Source: a virus
Lineage: Duplodnaviria > Caudoviricetes
Strand: one strand, 5' to 3'
IMG/VR virus record: IMGVR_UViG_3300028048_000072
Coordinates: 32,001-96,000 of that record
Length of the DNA stretch: 64,000 nt
A program made the position numbers and the translations under genes. This document shows, piece after piece, positions 10,629-21,084 of the stretch. The first letter of the stretch is position 1. Every line of letters begins with the position of its first letter. The notes beneath the pieces are model-generated. The model was not told where the DNA came from. It did no database searches and saw only the letters and a program-made list of their open reading frames with translations.

Positions 10629-10952
10629 ATGTCTGATAAATATGATTTTGTATCACATCCAAATCATTATAATGGTCATGTGGTATTAGGTAAAAAAAAT
10701 ACAGATTCAGAAAAAGAACCATTTCTAATGGAAACAATTGATTATCTTGATTCTAGGGCAAGAAGATTTGAAGGTATTTTGAAATATGATGAACTTCATT
10801 CTTATATTGATTGTGGTAAATATTATGATAGAGCAGGAGATAAACCCGAACAAGGAAAAAGTGTAAGGGGAAAACTTTATGAAGATATTGGAAAAATGAT
10901 TTGGTATCTTGAACATTGTAGAGAACTTATGAAGAAAAACGGATTAGATTAA
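10629..10952 (+). CDS. DUF3310-like protein
   Basis: VSHPNHY...ETID...KYYDRAGDK...EDIGKMIWYL. Confidence 0.7.
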   Translation: MSDKYDFVSHPNHYNGHVVLGKKNTDSEKEPFLMETIDYLDSRARRFEGILKYDELHSYIDCGKYYDRAGDKPEQGKSVRGKLYEDIGKMIWYLEHCRELMKKNGLD

Positions 10953-11052
10953 AAAAAATAATTTGACTTTTTTTCTAAAATAAGCAATAATATCGTTGTT
11001 CGTTGAACAATGTAATAAATTAAGGTCTTAGACCAATTAAGGAGATTAGCGT

Positions 11053-12426
11053 ATGACAGTAGAAGAACGCAAAAAGAAATTTGAAGAAGCCAAAAAAGCA
11101 AGAGAAATGAAATTGAAGGAAGAATCTAGTGGTGGATTCGGAAGTGTGGATGTACCTGATTTTAAGTGTGCAGTATTGAAACCAAATAAGGGTATGGTTA
11201 TTCGTCTTATCGGTAATGCCGTAGAAATGGCAGAAAAAGATACAGACCCTATCATTGTAGAAAGGTCTGTAATTAAGGGTGATGATGATAAGTGGTTTAA
11301 TTTGATTTGGTCAAAAGATGATGAACACCCGATGAATAAATTGAAAAAAACTATTTTGGGAAAATATTCATGGGATAAAGATAATAAATGTCGTATTTAT
11401 GAAAATAAAGATTTGGCAGTTTTCAAGCGTTTCATGACAAATGGAATTGAAGGAAATCCTTATAATCAAGGAATGATGCCACAGAAGTTTATTTTGTTTA
11501 ATTGTATTACACGTGGTGATGATACGTGGTGTAAAGACAATAAACATACGAAGATGTTGTGTTGGGATGCCACAGAAAAAGAAGTTGATGGTAAAATGGT
11601 AAGTTATCCTACTTATGGTGTAAAACCAAGTTTTTATCGGGAAATTTTTGACAAAAAATGCACTCTCCTCAATCGTCATTTTGAAGATACAGATTTTTAT
11701 GTAAAACGTCTTAGTAAGGAAACAAAAATTGGTGATTCTTACATGATGATTCTTACACCTGAAGAAAAATCTGCAATTAGAGGTGAGGGTGAAAAACAAG
11801 GTGTAGATTTCTTGTCATTTATTAATGATGATTATCTTTCTGATGAAGAAGCATCTTATGAAAGATATGTTTTGAAAGACATTCCTTTCGTTAGTATGTC
11901 TACTCCCGTAAGTGTAATTCTTTCAAAACTCGGAAAATACATTAAAGAAGTAGATAAGACATTTGGAACAAATCACTATGAAGAATTTGTTGAATGGAAA
12001 GCAAAGGAAATTTCTGAATTGAAACAGAAGAATGAAAATAAAGAAGAAGATTCTAAGAAAGAATCATCTGTTTCAACAAGTTCATCAAATGGAACATCTT
12101 TTAATGATATGAAAAAGGTAGAAACAACATCTGCAGATAATGAAGAAGTTGTCGAAGAAGAAAACAATCTTCCCACAGAAGTTGAAGAACCTAAAGTTGT
12201 TACAAAGAAAGTTTTGAAAAAGACATTCAATGTCAATGACTATAAAGATGCGATTCCTTTTGTAGAAAAACTTACTGATTCAGAAAAATCAACAATTGTT
12301 GGTGTGGATGATGATGCAGGTGAATTGAAATTAGAAGGAACTGATATTTGTGAGTGTCCTCAATGTAATGCTACAATTGGTGATTGGCATGTATGTCCAT
12401 TCTGCGGGACAGAATTTGATGAATAA
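11053..12426 (+). CDS. putative gp32-like ssDNA-binding protein with C-terminal zinc ribbon
   Basis: IRLI near N-terminus, acidic linker, CPQC..CPFC tail, replication context. Confidence 0.5.
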   Translation: MTVEERKKKFEEAKKAREMKLKEESSGGFGSVDVPDFKCAVLKPNKGMVIRLIGNAVEMAEKDTDPIIVERSVIKGDDDKWFNLIWSKDDEHPMNKLKKTILGKYSWDKDNKCRIYENKDLAVFKRFMTNGIEGNPYNQGMMPQKFILFNCITRGDDTWCKDNKHTKMLCWDATEKEVDGKMVSYPTYGVKPSFYREIFDKKCTLLNRHFEDTDFYVKRLSKETKIGDSYMMILTPEEKSAIRGEGEKQGVDFLSFINDDYLSDEEASYERYVLKDIPFVSMSTPVSVILSKLGKYIKEVDKTFGTNHYEEFVEWKAKEISELKQKNENKEEDSKKESSVSTSSSNGTSFNDMKKVETTSADNEEVVEEENNLPTEVEEPKVVTKKVLKKTFNVNDYKDAIPFVEKLTDSEKSTIVGVDDDAGELKLEGTDICECPQCNATIGDWHVCPFCGTEFDE

Positions 12427-12446
12427 GATTAATTTAAAATAATCTG

Positions 12447-12477
12447 AAAGGAGATAGAAAAAATCTATCTCCTTTTT
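12447..12477 (+). terminator. intrinsic terminator
   Basis: aaaggagataga/tctatctccttt followed by T run. Confidence 0.75.
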
Positions 12478-12500
12478 ATTTTTAACTTGAAAATTTTTAA

Positions 12501-14582
12501 ATGATTGTTTATCCTAAATGTATGGATGAAATTGTAAAAAAAGGACATGGTTATTATCTCAATGATTTTAAATTTTACACAAAAGAAAGTATTAGTAAAA
12601 TTTTACATAAAAAGAACACAACGATTCAATTGATTATAGATTATTTAGGAATAAAATCATATCCAAATAAATGGAATAAAAATTTATATACAGAATCAGA
12701 TTTTTGTCAAATACAAGAATTTGTGAAGGAAAATCCAAACACAAAAGTTTTTTTCACCAAACAAACAAATCTTAAACGATATGGTGTGGATTCTTTTACT
12801 AAAACTGAAAAATTTAAAAATGAAATTAAAAACACTTGTATGAAGAAATATGGAGTAGAACATTATTCTAAAACTAAAGAATATAAAGATAAATGTAAAA
12901 AAACAAATTTAAAGCGTTTCGGATGTGAATATTCTTTGCAGAGTGAAGAAGTTAGAAATAAAGGAAAACTAACTAATTTTGAAAAATACGGAAATGTAGT
13001 TTATAGTAAAACTGATGATTTTAAAGAAAAATATAAAAACGCAATGATTAAAAATTATGGTGTAGAACATTATTCTCAAACAGATGAATTTAAAGAAAAA
13101 TGTAAAAAAACATCATTAGAAAGATATGGTGAAGAACATTATATTAACGTTGAAAAAATTAAAAATACATCTATTAAAAAATATGGAGTAAGTAGTTATA
13201 CAAAAACACAAGAATATAAAGATAAAGTAAATAAAACCAATTTAGAAAAATATGGAACTTTATGGACATTACAGAATAAAGAAATTAGAAATAAAATTAA
13301 AGAAACAAATTTAAAAAAATATGGTTGTGAAAATCCATATCAAGCAGAAGAAATAAAAGAAAAAATAAAGAAAACAAATTTAAACCGTTATGGTGTAGAA
13401 CATCCATCTCAATCTGATGAAATACACAACAAAATGTTTTCTCATTTAAAATCAAAGAATGACGGTTATTTATCTAAAGCGGAAAAGAAATTTGCAGAAA
13501 TGCTTACTAATAGAAATATAAATTTTAAGCATGAGTATTTTTATAACAATAAACATTGGGATTTTGCTATTTTTGTAGATAATAATTTAAATACTTTGGT
13601 TGAAATTGATGGCGAATATAATCATGGTTTAATTTCTGATTTTAACGGTGTTCATGTTAAAGACCAAGAAGATTATGGTAGATTTTCATTGATAGATGAA
13701 AATATAAAGTTTATAGCAATTGATTCTAAAAAGATTGATGAAAGTTTTTCTCTTTTATTTGAAACATTAAATATTGATTATGAAAAATGGATTAATAATA
13801 TATTAAATTCACTTCCTGAAGAATTCCCATATCATGAATATTCTGATAAAAGAATGATGAATGATTGGAAACATTTATGTGAATATGAATATAAAGTTGG
13901 TCAAAAATTGGGATATTCTATTATAAATAATTTTCATAAATCAATTTATTCATGTAGTATTAAAAATAAACCATCTCCATTAAACGCATGGAATGATAAA
14001 AAATTATTGGAAAAATGCGTAAGAAACAGATTTATTTATAAATCGATTTTAAGTTCACAAAACATTGCAGATGGATTTAATGTTTGCAAAATTGCACCAA
14101 AGATTTCAATATTTAATCCTAGTTTAGCAAGATATTTAACAGAAAAATATCTGAATGAGTATGATATTATTTTTGACCCTTTCAGTGGATTTAGTGGAAG
14201 AATGTTAGGTGTATGTTCTTTAGGTAAAAAATACATTGGTCAAGATATTAATGAAACTACTATAAAAGAAAGCGAATTAATTAAAAATAAATTTAATTTG
14301 GATGCTACATTGAAAATAAAAGATGTTTTTGATTCTTATGGAGAATATGATTGTTTGTTTACATGTTCCCCTTATTCTGATAAAGAAAATTGGAATAATA
14401 AAAATCAGAAAATATTATTTTGTGATGAATGGATAGATGTTTGTTTAAATCATTTCAAGTGCAAATCTTATTTATTTGTTGTAGATAATACAGAAAAATA
14501 TAAAGATTATATTGTAGAAGAAATTGATAACATTTCACATTTTAATTATAATAAAGAATATGTAGTTTATATAACTATATAA
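12501..14582 (+). CDS. repeat-containing endonuclease-like / DNA methyltransferase fusion
   Basis: Ten K(Y/F)G repeats of about 23 aa; DFA..VEIDGEYNH PD-(D/E)xK/Vsr-like domain; DPFSGFSG SAM motif; FTCSPY. Confidence 0.65.
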   Translation: MIVYPKCMDEIVKKGHGYYLNDFKFYTKESISKILHKKNTTIQLIIDYLGIKSYPNKWNKNLYTESDFCQIQEFVKENPNTKVFFTKQTNLKRYGVDSFTKTEKFKNEIKNTCMKKYGVEHYSKTKEYKDKCKKTNLKRFGCEYSLQSEEVRNKGKLTNFEKYGNVVYSKTDDFKEKYKNAMIKNYGVEHYSQTDEFKEKCKKTSLERYGEEHYINVEKIKNTSIKKYGVSSYTKTQEYKDKVNKTNLEKYGTLWTLQNKEIRNKIKETNLKKYGCENPYQAEEIKEKIKKTNLNRYGVEHPSQSDEIHNKMFSHLKSKNDGYLSKAEKKFAEMLTNRNINFKHEYFYNNKHWDFAIFVDNNLNTLVEIDGEYNHGLISDFNGVHVKDQEDYGRFSLIDENIKFIAIDSKKIDESFSLLFETLNIDYEKWINNILNSLPEEFPYHEYSDKRMMNDWKHLCEYEYKVGQKLGYSIINNFHKSIYSCSIKNKPSPLNAWNDKKLLEKCVRNRFIYKSILSSQNIADGFNVCKIAPKISIFNPSLARYLTEKYLNEYDIIFDPFSGFSGRMLGVCSLGKKYIGQDINETTIKESELIKNKFNLDATLKIKDVFDSYGEYDCLFTCSPYSDKENWNNKNQKILFCDEWIDVCLNHFKCKSYLFVVDNTEKYKDYIVEEIDNISHFNYNKEYVVYITI

Positions 14583-14598
14583 AAAAGAAGGTGATTAT

Positions 14599-14928
14599 AT
14601 GAAAGATACTTTTAATATTTCAAAAGATTATATTATTGAAGGAATTTATCTTAAAAAAGGTTCTAAATTATCGTTAGTTGAAGAAGTTGAAATTGGTTCA
14701 GAAGAATCTAGGGAAGAATTGGAATTAAAGGCTCAACCTCTCATTGATTTGGCAATTGAAAACAATATTATTGAAGAAAATGATTTTGATAAGATTGAAA
14801 AAATAACTGATTTTTACATTACAAAATATTTGGAAAATCCACAGAACGTACCTACATTAGAAGATGTAAAGAAATTGATTTCTGAAATCGATGATTGTGA
14901 TGTTATTAGAAATGAATTCATTGATTAA
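14599..14928 (+). CDS. acidic hypothetical protein
   Basis: ORF; TAACTAT upstream. Confidence 0.6.
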   Translation: MKDTFNISKDYIIEGIYLKKGSKLSLVEEVEIGSEESREELELKAQPLIDLAIENNIIEENDFDKIEKITDFYITKYLENPQNVPTLEDVKKLISEIDDCDVIRNEFID

Positions 14929-14948
14929 ATTTTTTAAATAATAAAAAA

Positions 14949-14990
14949 TTGACATTGAAAACTTTCTGTACTATATTTGTACAGAAAGTT
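14949..14990 (+). promoter_or_regulatory. sigma70 promoter with -10 box in the loop of a 12-bp inverted repeat
   Basis: TTGACA-17-TATATT; aactttctgtac/gtacagaaagtt. Confidence 0.65.
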
Positions 14991-15010
14991 TATTTTTTAT
15001 GGAGGATTAA

Positions 15011-16102
15011 ATGACTATCGAAGAAAAGAAAAAGAAGTTGGCACTTTTAAACAAGTCTTTTGAAAAGAAGTACAATTCTAAAATGATTGTAAAAGGAAGC
15101 GATGTTCCAAAAGTAGAATTCTATTCAACGGGAATTCCAAGTATTGATACTATTTTAGGTGGAGGATGGGCAAAAAAACGTATTGGTTCAGTTTATGGCG
15201 AATTCTCTAGTGGAAAAACAACTCATTTGTTGCAGACAATTGCATACAATCAGAAAATTGACCCCGATTTTATGGCACTTTATGTAGACCAAGAAAACGC
15301 ATTGGATATTGATTATTGTGAAAAATTGGGAATCGATATGGAAAGATTTCAAGTAATTGAATCTGATAAAGCAGAAAAAAATCTTGATGCTTTAAGAGCA
15401 ACAATTGAAGAAGGATTTTATAATATCATTGTAATTGATAGTACAAATGCATTAGTACCTACTACAGAATTGGAAAAAGATGTATCTTCTACGGCAAGTA
15501 TTGGTACAGTTGCAAAACTTCTTTCTGTATTTACACGAATGGTTGTAGGAATGTTGAATAAATCTGAATCTAAAACTGCATTGATTTGTATAGAACAGAC
15601 TAGGGAAAAAGTCGGTGCGATGGCGGTGAACGGTATTATTCCACAAGTTATTGGTTGTGGTAAAGCCGTAGGATTTTATTGTTCACAAAGATTGGAATTT
15701 AAGAAAGGAAAACCAATTACTGAAGGAGATGAAACAATTGGAAATACTACAAAAGTTAAATGTGTAAAGAATAAAGTTTATACACCTTTTGCTAAAGTTG
15801 AAGTGCCTATGGTATTTGGTAAAGGATTTGATGTTGAAATGGATAATCAGATGTTCATTATTGATAGTGGTATTATTGAACGTATTAATGCACAAAAATG
15901 GTCATATACTGCTAATAACGGTGAAGTAATTGAAATTCGTGGTCAGAAAAATATCATCCCTACACTTAAAGAAAAAGGTCTTTTTGAAGAAGCATTTGAA
16001 AACGCAAAACAAAAAGTATTTGCTCATACTGATACAAAATCAGAATATGAAGGAATTGATTTGGAAGAAGAACAGAATAAAGAAATTGTTATAGAAGAAT
16101 AA
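15011..16102 (+). CDS. recA: RecA/UvsX recombinase
   Basis: STGIPSID, GEFSSGKTT, VDQENALD, VIDS, KNKV. Confidence 0.95.
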   Translation: MTIEEKKKKLALLNKSFEKKYNSKMIVKGSDVPKVEFYSTGIPSIDTILGGGWAKKRIGSVYGEFSSGKTTHLLQTIAYNQKIDPDFMALYVDQENALDIDYCEKLGIDMERFQVIESDKAEKNLDALRATIEEGFYNIIVIDSTNALVPTTELEKDVSSTASIGTVAKLLSVFTRMVVGMLNKSESKTALICIEQTREKVGAMAVNGIIPQVIGCGKAVGFYCSQRLEFKKGKPITEGDETIGNTTKVKCVKNKVYTPFAKVEVPMVFGKGFDVEMDNQMFIIDSGIIERINAQKWSYTANNGEVIEIRGQKNIIPTLKEKGLFEEAFENAKQKVFAHTDTKSEYEGIDLEEEQNKEIVIEE

Positions 16103-16109
16103 TTTATTA

Positions 16110-16148
16110 ATGTCTATGATTTAGGCGAAAAACCTAAATCATAGACAT
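16110..16148. terminator. 16-bp perfect inverted repeat
   Basis: atgtctatgatttagg/cctaaatcatagacat. Confidence 0.65.
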
Positions 16149-16176
16149 ATTAAAATTATTTCACAAGGATTAAGTT

Positions 16177-17460
16177 ATGAAAAATTATCTAAATAAAACA
16201 GAATTGCGTAAAAAATTTAAAATATGTGCCGATACTTTAGATAAAATATTAAATTATCTTAATTTGCCTTTTGAAATTAGAATGACAAAAAATTATAAAC
16301 AAGTACCTTATTATAATCAAGAAAATATCAATAAAATTGAAAAATTTATAAAAGAAGAATACAATTCAAATTTTTTCTTTTCATTATCGTGGAGTAAAAA
16401 AGGTTGGAGTATTCCCATGATTGCAAAAGAATTAAATTGTGATAGATGTAAAATTGAAAGAATGATAAAAATATTAAATCTACATTATGAAAAAGGAAAA
16501 GGAAAACAGAATTATTATACAGATAATGAAAAAGATTTAATTGTGAACGGTCTAAATTCTAATATAAGAAAAGAATTTCAAAACTTATATTATGTTCATA
16601 CTTTAGCAAAATATTTTAATGTTGATGATTCTACCATAAATCATTGGATTGATTTTTTAAATTTGAATTATCAAATAAATAACAAAGGAAAATATTTAGA
16701 TGAATATGAATTTGATAAATTAAAAAATTATGTAAATAATCATGATATTCATAAGGACATATGGAAAAGTAAAAAACAAAAATATTTTTATAACGGATAT
16801 ACTTTATTATCTTCATTAAAAGAAAATTATAATATATCAAACATACCGTATAATTATTGTGATTATTTAGGAATTAAAGTTTATGATTTTCCAAATCATT
16901 TAAGTGGTAATATTTCACATTATATCAAGAATAAAGATGTTGAAAAATTAATAAATTATTTAAATTCTATGAATTCTAAAGAAAGACAATTACATATGAT
17001 GAAAATTACAAATAATAAGAAATTTGGATGCGATTATTATTCTCAATCATCTAACGCAAAACGAAAATCTAAATGGTTATTTGATAATATTAATTTTGAT
17101 TCAAAGTGGGAAATTTATTATTACTTTTATTTAAAAAACAATAATATAAATTTTCAAATGCAAATTCCTATGGATTATTATGAAGATAATGGTAAACATA
17201 GAGTATATAAGTGTGATTTTTATTTAATTGATTCTGATGAATATATTGAAATTAAAAATCCAAAATGTTTAAATGAGAAAGGTGAACTTATTGAATTTTA
17301 TAAAAGTGATTCTAAATCGAAAATAAATGCTAAATATAAATGTATGATAGAACATAATGTAAAAATAATTTCTAAGGAAAAAATAGAATTTTATATGGAA
17401 TATTTTAAGAAAAATTGTAAAATTCCAATAATTGATGCAAGAAAAAAATCAAACGAATAA
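16177..17460 (+). CDS. homing-endonuclease-like protein (HTH repeats + PD-(D/E)xK domain)
   Basis: Repeated HTH-like units; FDSKWE..YKCDFYL..YIEIK. Confidence 0.7.
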   Translation: MKNYLNKTELRKKFKICADTLDKILNYLNLPFEIRMTKNYKQVPYYNQENINKIEKFIKEEYNSNFFFSLSWSKKGWSIPMIAKELNCDRCKIERMIKILNLHYEKGKGKQNYYTDNEKDLIVNGLNSNIRKEFQNLYYVHTLAKYFNVDDSTINHWIDFLNLNYQINNKGKYLDEYEFDKLKNYVNNHDIHKDIWKSKKQKYFYNGYTLLSSLKENYNISNIPYNYCDYLGIKVYDFPNHLSGNISHYIKNKDVEKLINYLNSMNSKERQLHMMKITNNKKFGCDYYSQSSNAKRKSKWLFDNINFDSKWEIYYYFYLKNNNINFQMQIPMDYYEDNGKHRVYKCDFYLIDSDEYIEIKNPKCLNEKGELIEFYKSDSKSKINAKYKCMIEHNVKIISKEKIEFYMEYFKKNCKIPIIDARKKSNE

Positions 17461-17548
17461 TTGAATAAAATTAAACAATTTCCCTTGACCTAATTATAAA
17501 TCTCTTGTATATTATATGTATACAAGAGATTTTTTAATTTAAAGGGGT

Positions 17549-17971
17549 ATGATTATGAACTACAAAACACTTAAAAAGGAACTTACTAAACTTGCAAAGG
17601 CAAATAATGTTTGTCTTACATTTGGTGAAAAGAAACAGTTTGAAAAAGGTTGTTTTTTGATTACTAATCATGGATTTGTAAAAGGTTCTGATGGTGTTGT
17701 AGAAGTTGAATCAGAAATTCCTTCTAATGCAAATTGGACTTCTCGTGGCAAAGGTTATTGGATGCATGATGAAAATGGCAAGGCTACAGAATATCGTGAT
17801 GTTGTACATTGGAGTTATAGGGAATATTCTATTGTAGATGTTGAGAAGATATTCAATCATTATGGTAGAATGGTTCTTGAATCTGCAGATTGTTATAACG
17901 ATTCAAAATATGGAAAACATGATTTGCTCAAGACTTATCGTGTTTATTTATCAGAAGAATATTTGAAATAA
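17549..17971 (+). CDS. hypothetical protein
   Basis: ORF after TTGACC-17-TATATT promoter. Confidence 0.65.
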   Translation: MIMNYKTLKKELTKLAKANNVCLTFGEKKQFEKGCFLITNHGFVKGSDGVVEVESEIPSNANWTSRGKGYWMHDENGKATEYRDVVHWSYREYSIVDVEKIFNHYGRMVLESADCYNDSKYGKHDLLKTYRVYLSEEYLK

Positions 17972-17983
17972 AGGAGTAATGAT

Positions 17984-18304
17984 ATGTCATTAAATGAATT
18001 GATTAGATTTGCTAAAATGCATAATATTGATTTTGATAAAGATATTATTTGTGTATCACAAGTTGACGGTGAAATTTATTTAGATAATCTCGAACAGATT
18101 GCTATGAAAGAAACAGATGAAGGAAATAAACTTGTGGTTATTCCTTTTGTGTATTCTTATGATGCTGATATGAATAAAGAATTTGAATTTTGTGATACTG
18201 TAAACTCATGTGATGATGATGCTTATGACAGATGTTCAAATTGTGGTTCATCAAATACATCTAAAGATGGATTTGTTTATTTGTCTGATGAATACTTGAA
18301 ATAA
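17984..18304 (+). CDS. hypothetical protein with CxxC
   Basis: ORF with AAGGAG RBS. Confidence 0.65.
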   Translation: MSLNELIRFAKMHNIDFDKDIICVSQVDGEIYLDNLEQIAMKETDEGNKLVVIPFVYSYDADMNKEFEFCDTVNSCDDDAYDRCSNCGSSNTSKDGFVYLSDEYLK

Positions 18305-18385
18305 GTAAATGAATGAAAAAAAAAAGGCTATAATTTAATTTATAGTCTTTTTCATTATAACTATTATATTTATGGAGATAATATC

Positions 18386-18964
18386 ATGGAAATTAAAGAT
18401 GAATTTGATTTTAGAGATTTAATGAATAAATGTTGGAGTGGTGCTAAAAATACACTTGAAATGATTGAAGATAAGGGATATGAAGATGAACTTATGTCAC
18501 ATTTGGAAGATGTATTTTATGGTGATATTCCAACTTTAACAGAAGTAAATGATTATCTTTGGTTTGAAGAAGATGCAATCAAAGAAGCATTGGGAATTTT
18601 TGAACTTGATGAAAAAATTAATATTTCAGAAGTTGAAAAAGCAAATGATAACCTTGCAGATTGGCGAAAGCCTAGAATGATTACTGATGGTGATTTAATT
18701 GCTTATGATGATTTAATGGATGGTTCAATGTCTGAATCTGATTTGTCAGAACAAATCGATGAAATCACTACAAAAATTGGTGAAGTTAATGACAAAGTAG
18801 ATGAACTTCTTGATGTAGATAACGAAGATGATTTTGATACTACTAAAGATGAACTTTATGATTTGGTAAATGAACTTGATAATCTCATTATCGATTATGT
18901 AAAAGATAATACAAAAGTTTACAAAGAAATTGAAGATATTTGTGAAACATTTGAAAACCTTTAA
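18386..18964 (+). CDS. acidic hypothetical protein
   Basis: ORF, GGAG RBS, TAACTAT upstream. Confidence 0.7.
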   Translation: MEIKDEFDFRDLMNKCWSGAKNTLEMIEDKGYEDELMSHLEDVFYGDIPTLTEVNDYLWFEEDAIKEALGIFELDEKINISEVEKANDNLADWRKPRMITDGDLIAYDDLMDGSMSESDLSEQIDEITTKIGEVNDKVDELLDVDNEDDFDTTKDELYDLVNELDNLIIDYVKDNTKVYKEIEDICETFENL

Positions 18965-19022
18965 TTTATAATAAATAAGGCTAGACTTAAAAAAATCTAG
19001 CCTTACTTTTAAGGAAATACAT

Positions 19023-19295
19023 ATGAGAGATATTAGAAATAAACAATTGAGAGCAAAACTTGATAAATTAGGAATTAAAGATGTTGTTCTTAATTTTGAC
19101 AATGGATTCGTAGATGTTTGGTCAGAAGATGATTTGACAGATACAATTCTTCATTATACAGATAATTCAATCGAAACTAGATTATTTTCTGATTATACAG
19201 TTGATGAATGGGTGGATATGATTAAAGATATTTTTGATGATGGTTTAGAACATTATGAACGAAGAAATTCTAAGAATACGATTATTCTTAAATAG
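19023..19295 (+). CDS. hypothetical protein
   Basis: ORF with AAGGA RBS. Confidence 0.65.
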   Translation: MRDIRNKQLRAKLDKLGIKDVVLNFDNGFVDVWSEDDLTDTILHYTDNSIETRLFSDYTVDEWVDMIKDIFDDGLEHYERRNSKNTIILK

Positions 19296-19337
19296 AAGCA
19301 ATCAGTTTAACTATATTTAATTGAGGAGTGAATATTT

Positions 19338-19643
19338 ATGTACGTTATAAATGATGAAGATTTAATTTATAAAGTTCGTATAGATAAACAAGATATTGTT
19401 GATTATGGCGATGAAAAATCATACATGATTATAAAACTTGATTTAGTTTGTGGAAAAGATTGGATAGAAGTTAATTCTTATGGAGGAACACAAGGTTGGA
19501 TTCCTCCTGAATATTTCGTTGATGAAGTTCAGTTTGAACAAGTTGTATGCTATTTCTATGAAGAAAGTATAATTAATGTTCTTGAAGAAAATGGATTCAA
19601 AGAAATTAAGAAACTTCCAAAGATTGAAAAACCAAAAGAATAA
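19338..19643 (+). CDS. acidic hypothetical protein
   Basis: ORF, GAGGAG RBS, TAACTAT upstream. Confidence 0.65.
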   Translation: MYVINDEDLIYKVRIDKQDIVDYGDEKSYMIIKLDLVCGKDWIEVNSYGGTQGWIPPEYFVDEVQFEQVVCYFYEESIINVLEENGFKEIKKLPKIEKPKE

Positions 19644-19659
19644 ATAGGAGAATAAAATT

Positions 19660-20263
19660 ATGAATATTAAAGAACGTTCAGAAGAAAATGAAATTATTGT
19701 TTCAGAACTTCTAGATACAGTTGAGTATTTTTTGTGGATTGTTTGAAGAACTAGGAGAACTTAAAGGAAATGCGTTAAAAGACCTTAAAAATGCGGTAGA
19801 AAGACTTGAAGTGTTTAATTCTATAGGTTCTATTTATCAATGGGGAGTTGAAGTTTTGAATAAATGTGGAATTAAATATAAAGGCTTGAAAGAAAGCAAG
19901 AAATCTATGAAAGAATCTAAAGAATATAATTTTGATTATTTTTATCAATTATTAAAAGATGATAAACATTTTTCTGTAAATTATGCTCATGATGATTTAC
20001 CTGATGATGATACAGTTTATGCAAATGGAACAGTTGATGTTAAATGGTTTATAGATGGAAAAAGATTAAATCATTCGGCTATTCTCTCAATACCTTGCTT
20101 TAGTATGGTATTTACATATGAAGGTCTTTTGTTTAATTGTGAACGTGGTAGTAGATATGATTCTATAATCGGATATGCAGATATTTCAGATGTTCGTTTT
20201 ACGTCAGATGTACTTAGTTTGTTATTAGTAAATGGATTAAGAGTTACATTTAACTTGTATTAA
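19660..20263 (+). CDS. modular protein with ESKKS linker; apparent frameshift at T6 run 19728-19733
   Basis: RBS + ATG 19660 (MNIKE...) joins the 19721 ORF if one T is removed; LKESKKSMKES. Confidence 0.55.
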
Positions 20264-20292
20264 TGGTGAATTTAATCATAGGAGAATAAATT

Positions 20293-20679
20293 ATGATGGG
20301 ATATAGTGGATTGTATAAAGGTACTCGTGGTGCTAAAGAAATGAAAGAATCAAGAGATAATGGTCAAGTTAAATATGATGATATTTACGCTTGTGATGTA
20401 AGATATGATGTATTTGTAGAAGTTTATGATAAAGATAAATATAAACAACTTGCCGATGAAGATTTATTGTTATGGACTAAATCAGAAAAAGATGTAAATT
20501 TGAATTGGAAAATGTTTCAAGATGAAATCAGTTATCTTAGAGATGATATGAATAGTTCAGATGATTTCAGTATGAAATTACAATTATCGAATGGAACACT
20601 TCACATTTATACAATTTATGATGGAGATGATTCTATCGTTATGGAAATTTATGTTGTTCCAAAAATTGTAACAAATTAA
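20293..20679 (+). CDS. acidic hypothetical protein
   Basis: ORF with AGGAG RBS; MKES motif. Confidence 0.65.
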   Translation: MMGYSGLYKGTRGAKEMKESRDNGQVKYDDIYACDVRYDVFVEVYDKDKYKQLADEDLLLWTKSEKDVNLNWKMFQDEISYLRDDMNSSDDFSMKLQLSNGTLHIYTIYDGDDSIVMEIYVVPKIVTN

Positions 20680-20694
20680 TAGGAGAATAAAATT

Positions 20695-21081
20695 ATGGAT
20701 AAGAAAATTACAGAAAAATTTGATGCACCAAAAGATTGGGATTTTGATGATATGTTATCACAATATGGTTTTGAGTATTTAGGTGAACATAATCCTGATG
20801 TAGAACCATATGATATGGGCGAATTTAATGACCTTACAGATTATAGGGATGACCCACTTGAAGCAATTACTAGAGCGTTTTTTGGTGGAAGATATGGATT
20901 TAAAAATGATTCATTCAATCCTAATGACGAATATTTTGCTTATAATGGTTATGGAAATCTCATTTCAATTAAAGATTATGACATTCTCGATTATTTTAAA
21001 GATTATATTGATGAAGGAGAATTTTATGATTGGTGTGTAGATAATGGATATTTTGAATCTGATGAAGATGAGGAGGAGTAA
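20695..21081 (+). CDS. acidic hypothetical protein
   Basis: ORF with AGGAG RBS. Confidence 0.7.
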   Translation: MDKKITEKFDAPKDWDFDDMLSQYGFEYLGEHNPDVEPYDMGEFNDLTDYRDDPLEAITRAFFGGRYGFKNDSFNPNDEYFAYNGYGNLISIKDYDILDYFKDYIDEGEFYDWCVDNGYFESDEDEEE

Positions 21082-21084
21082 TTC

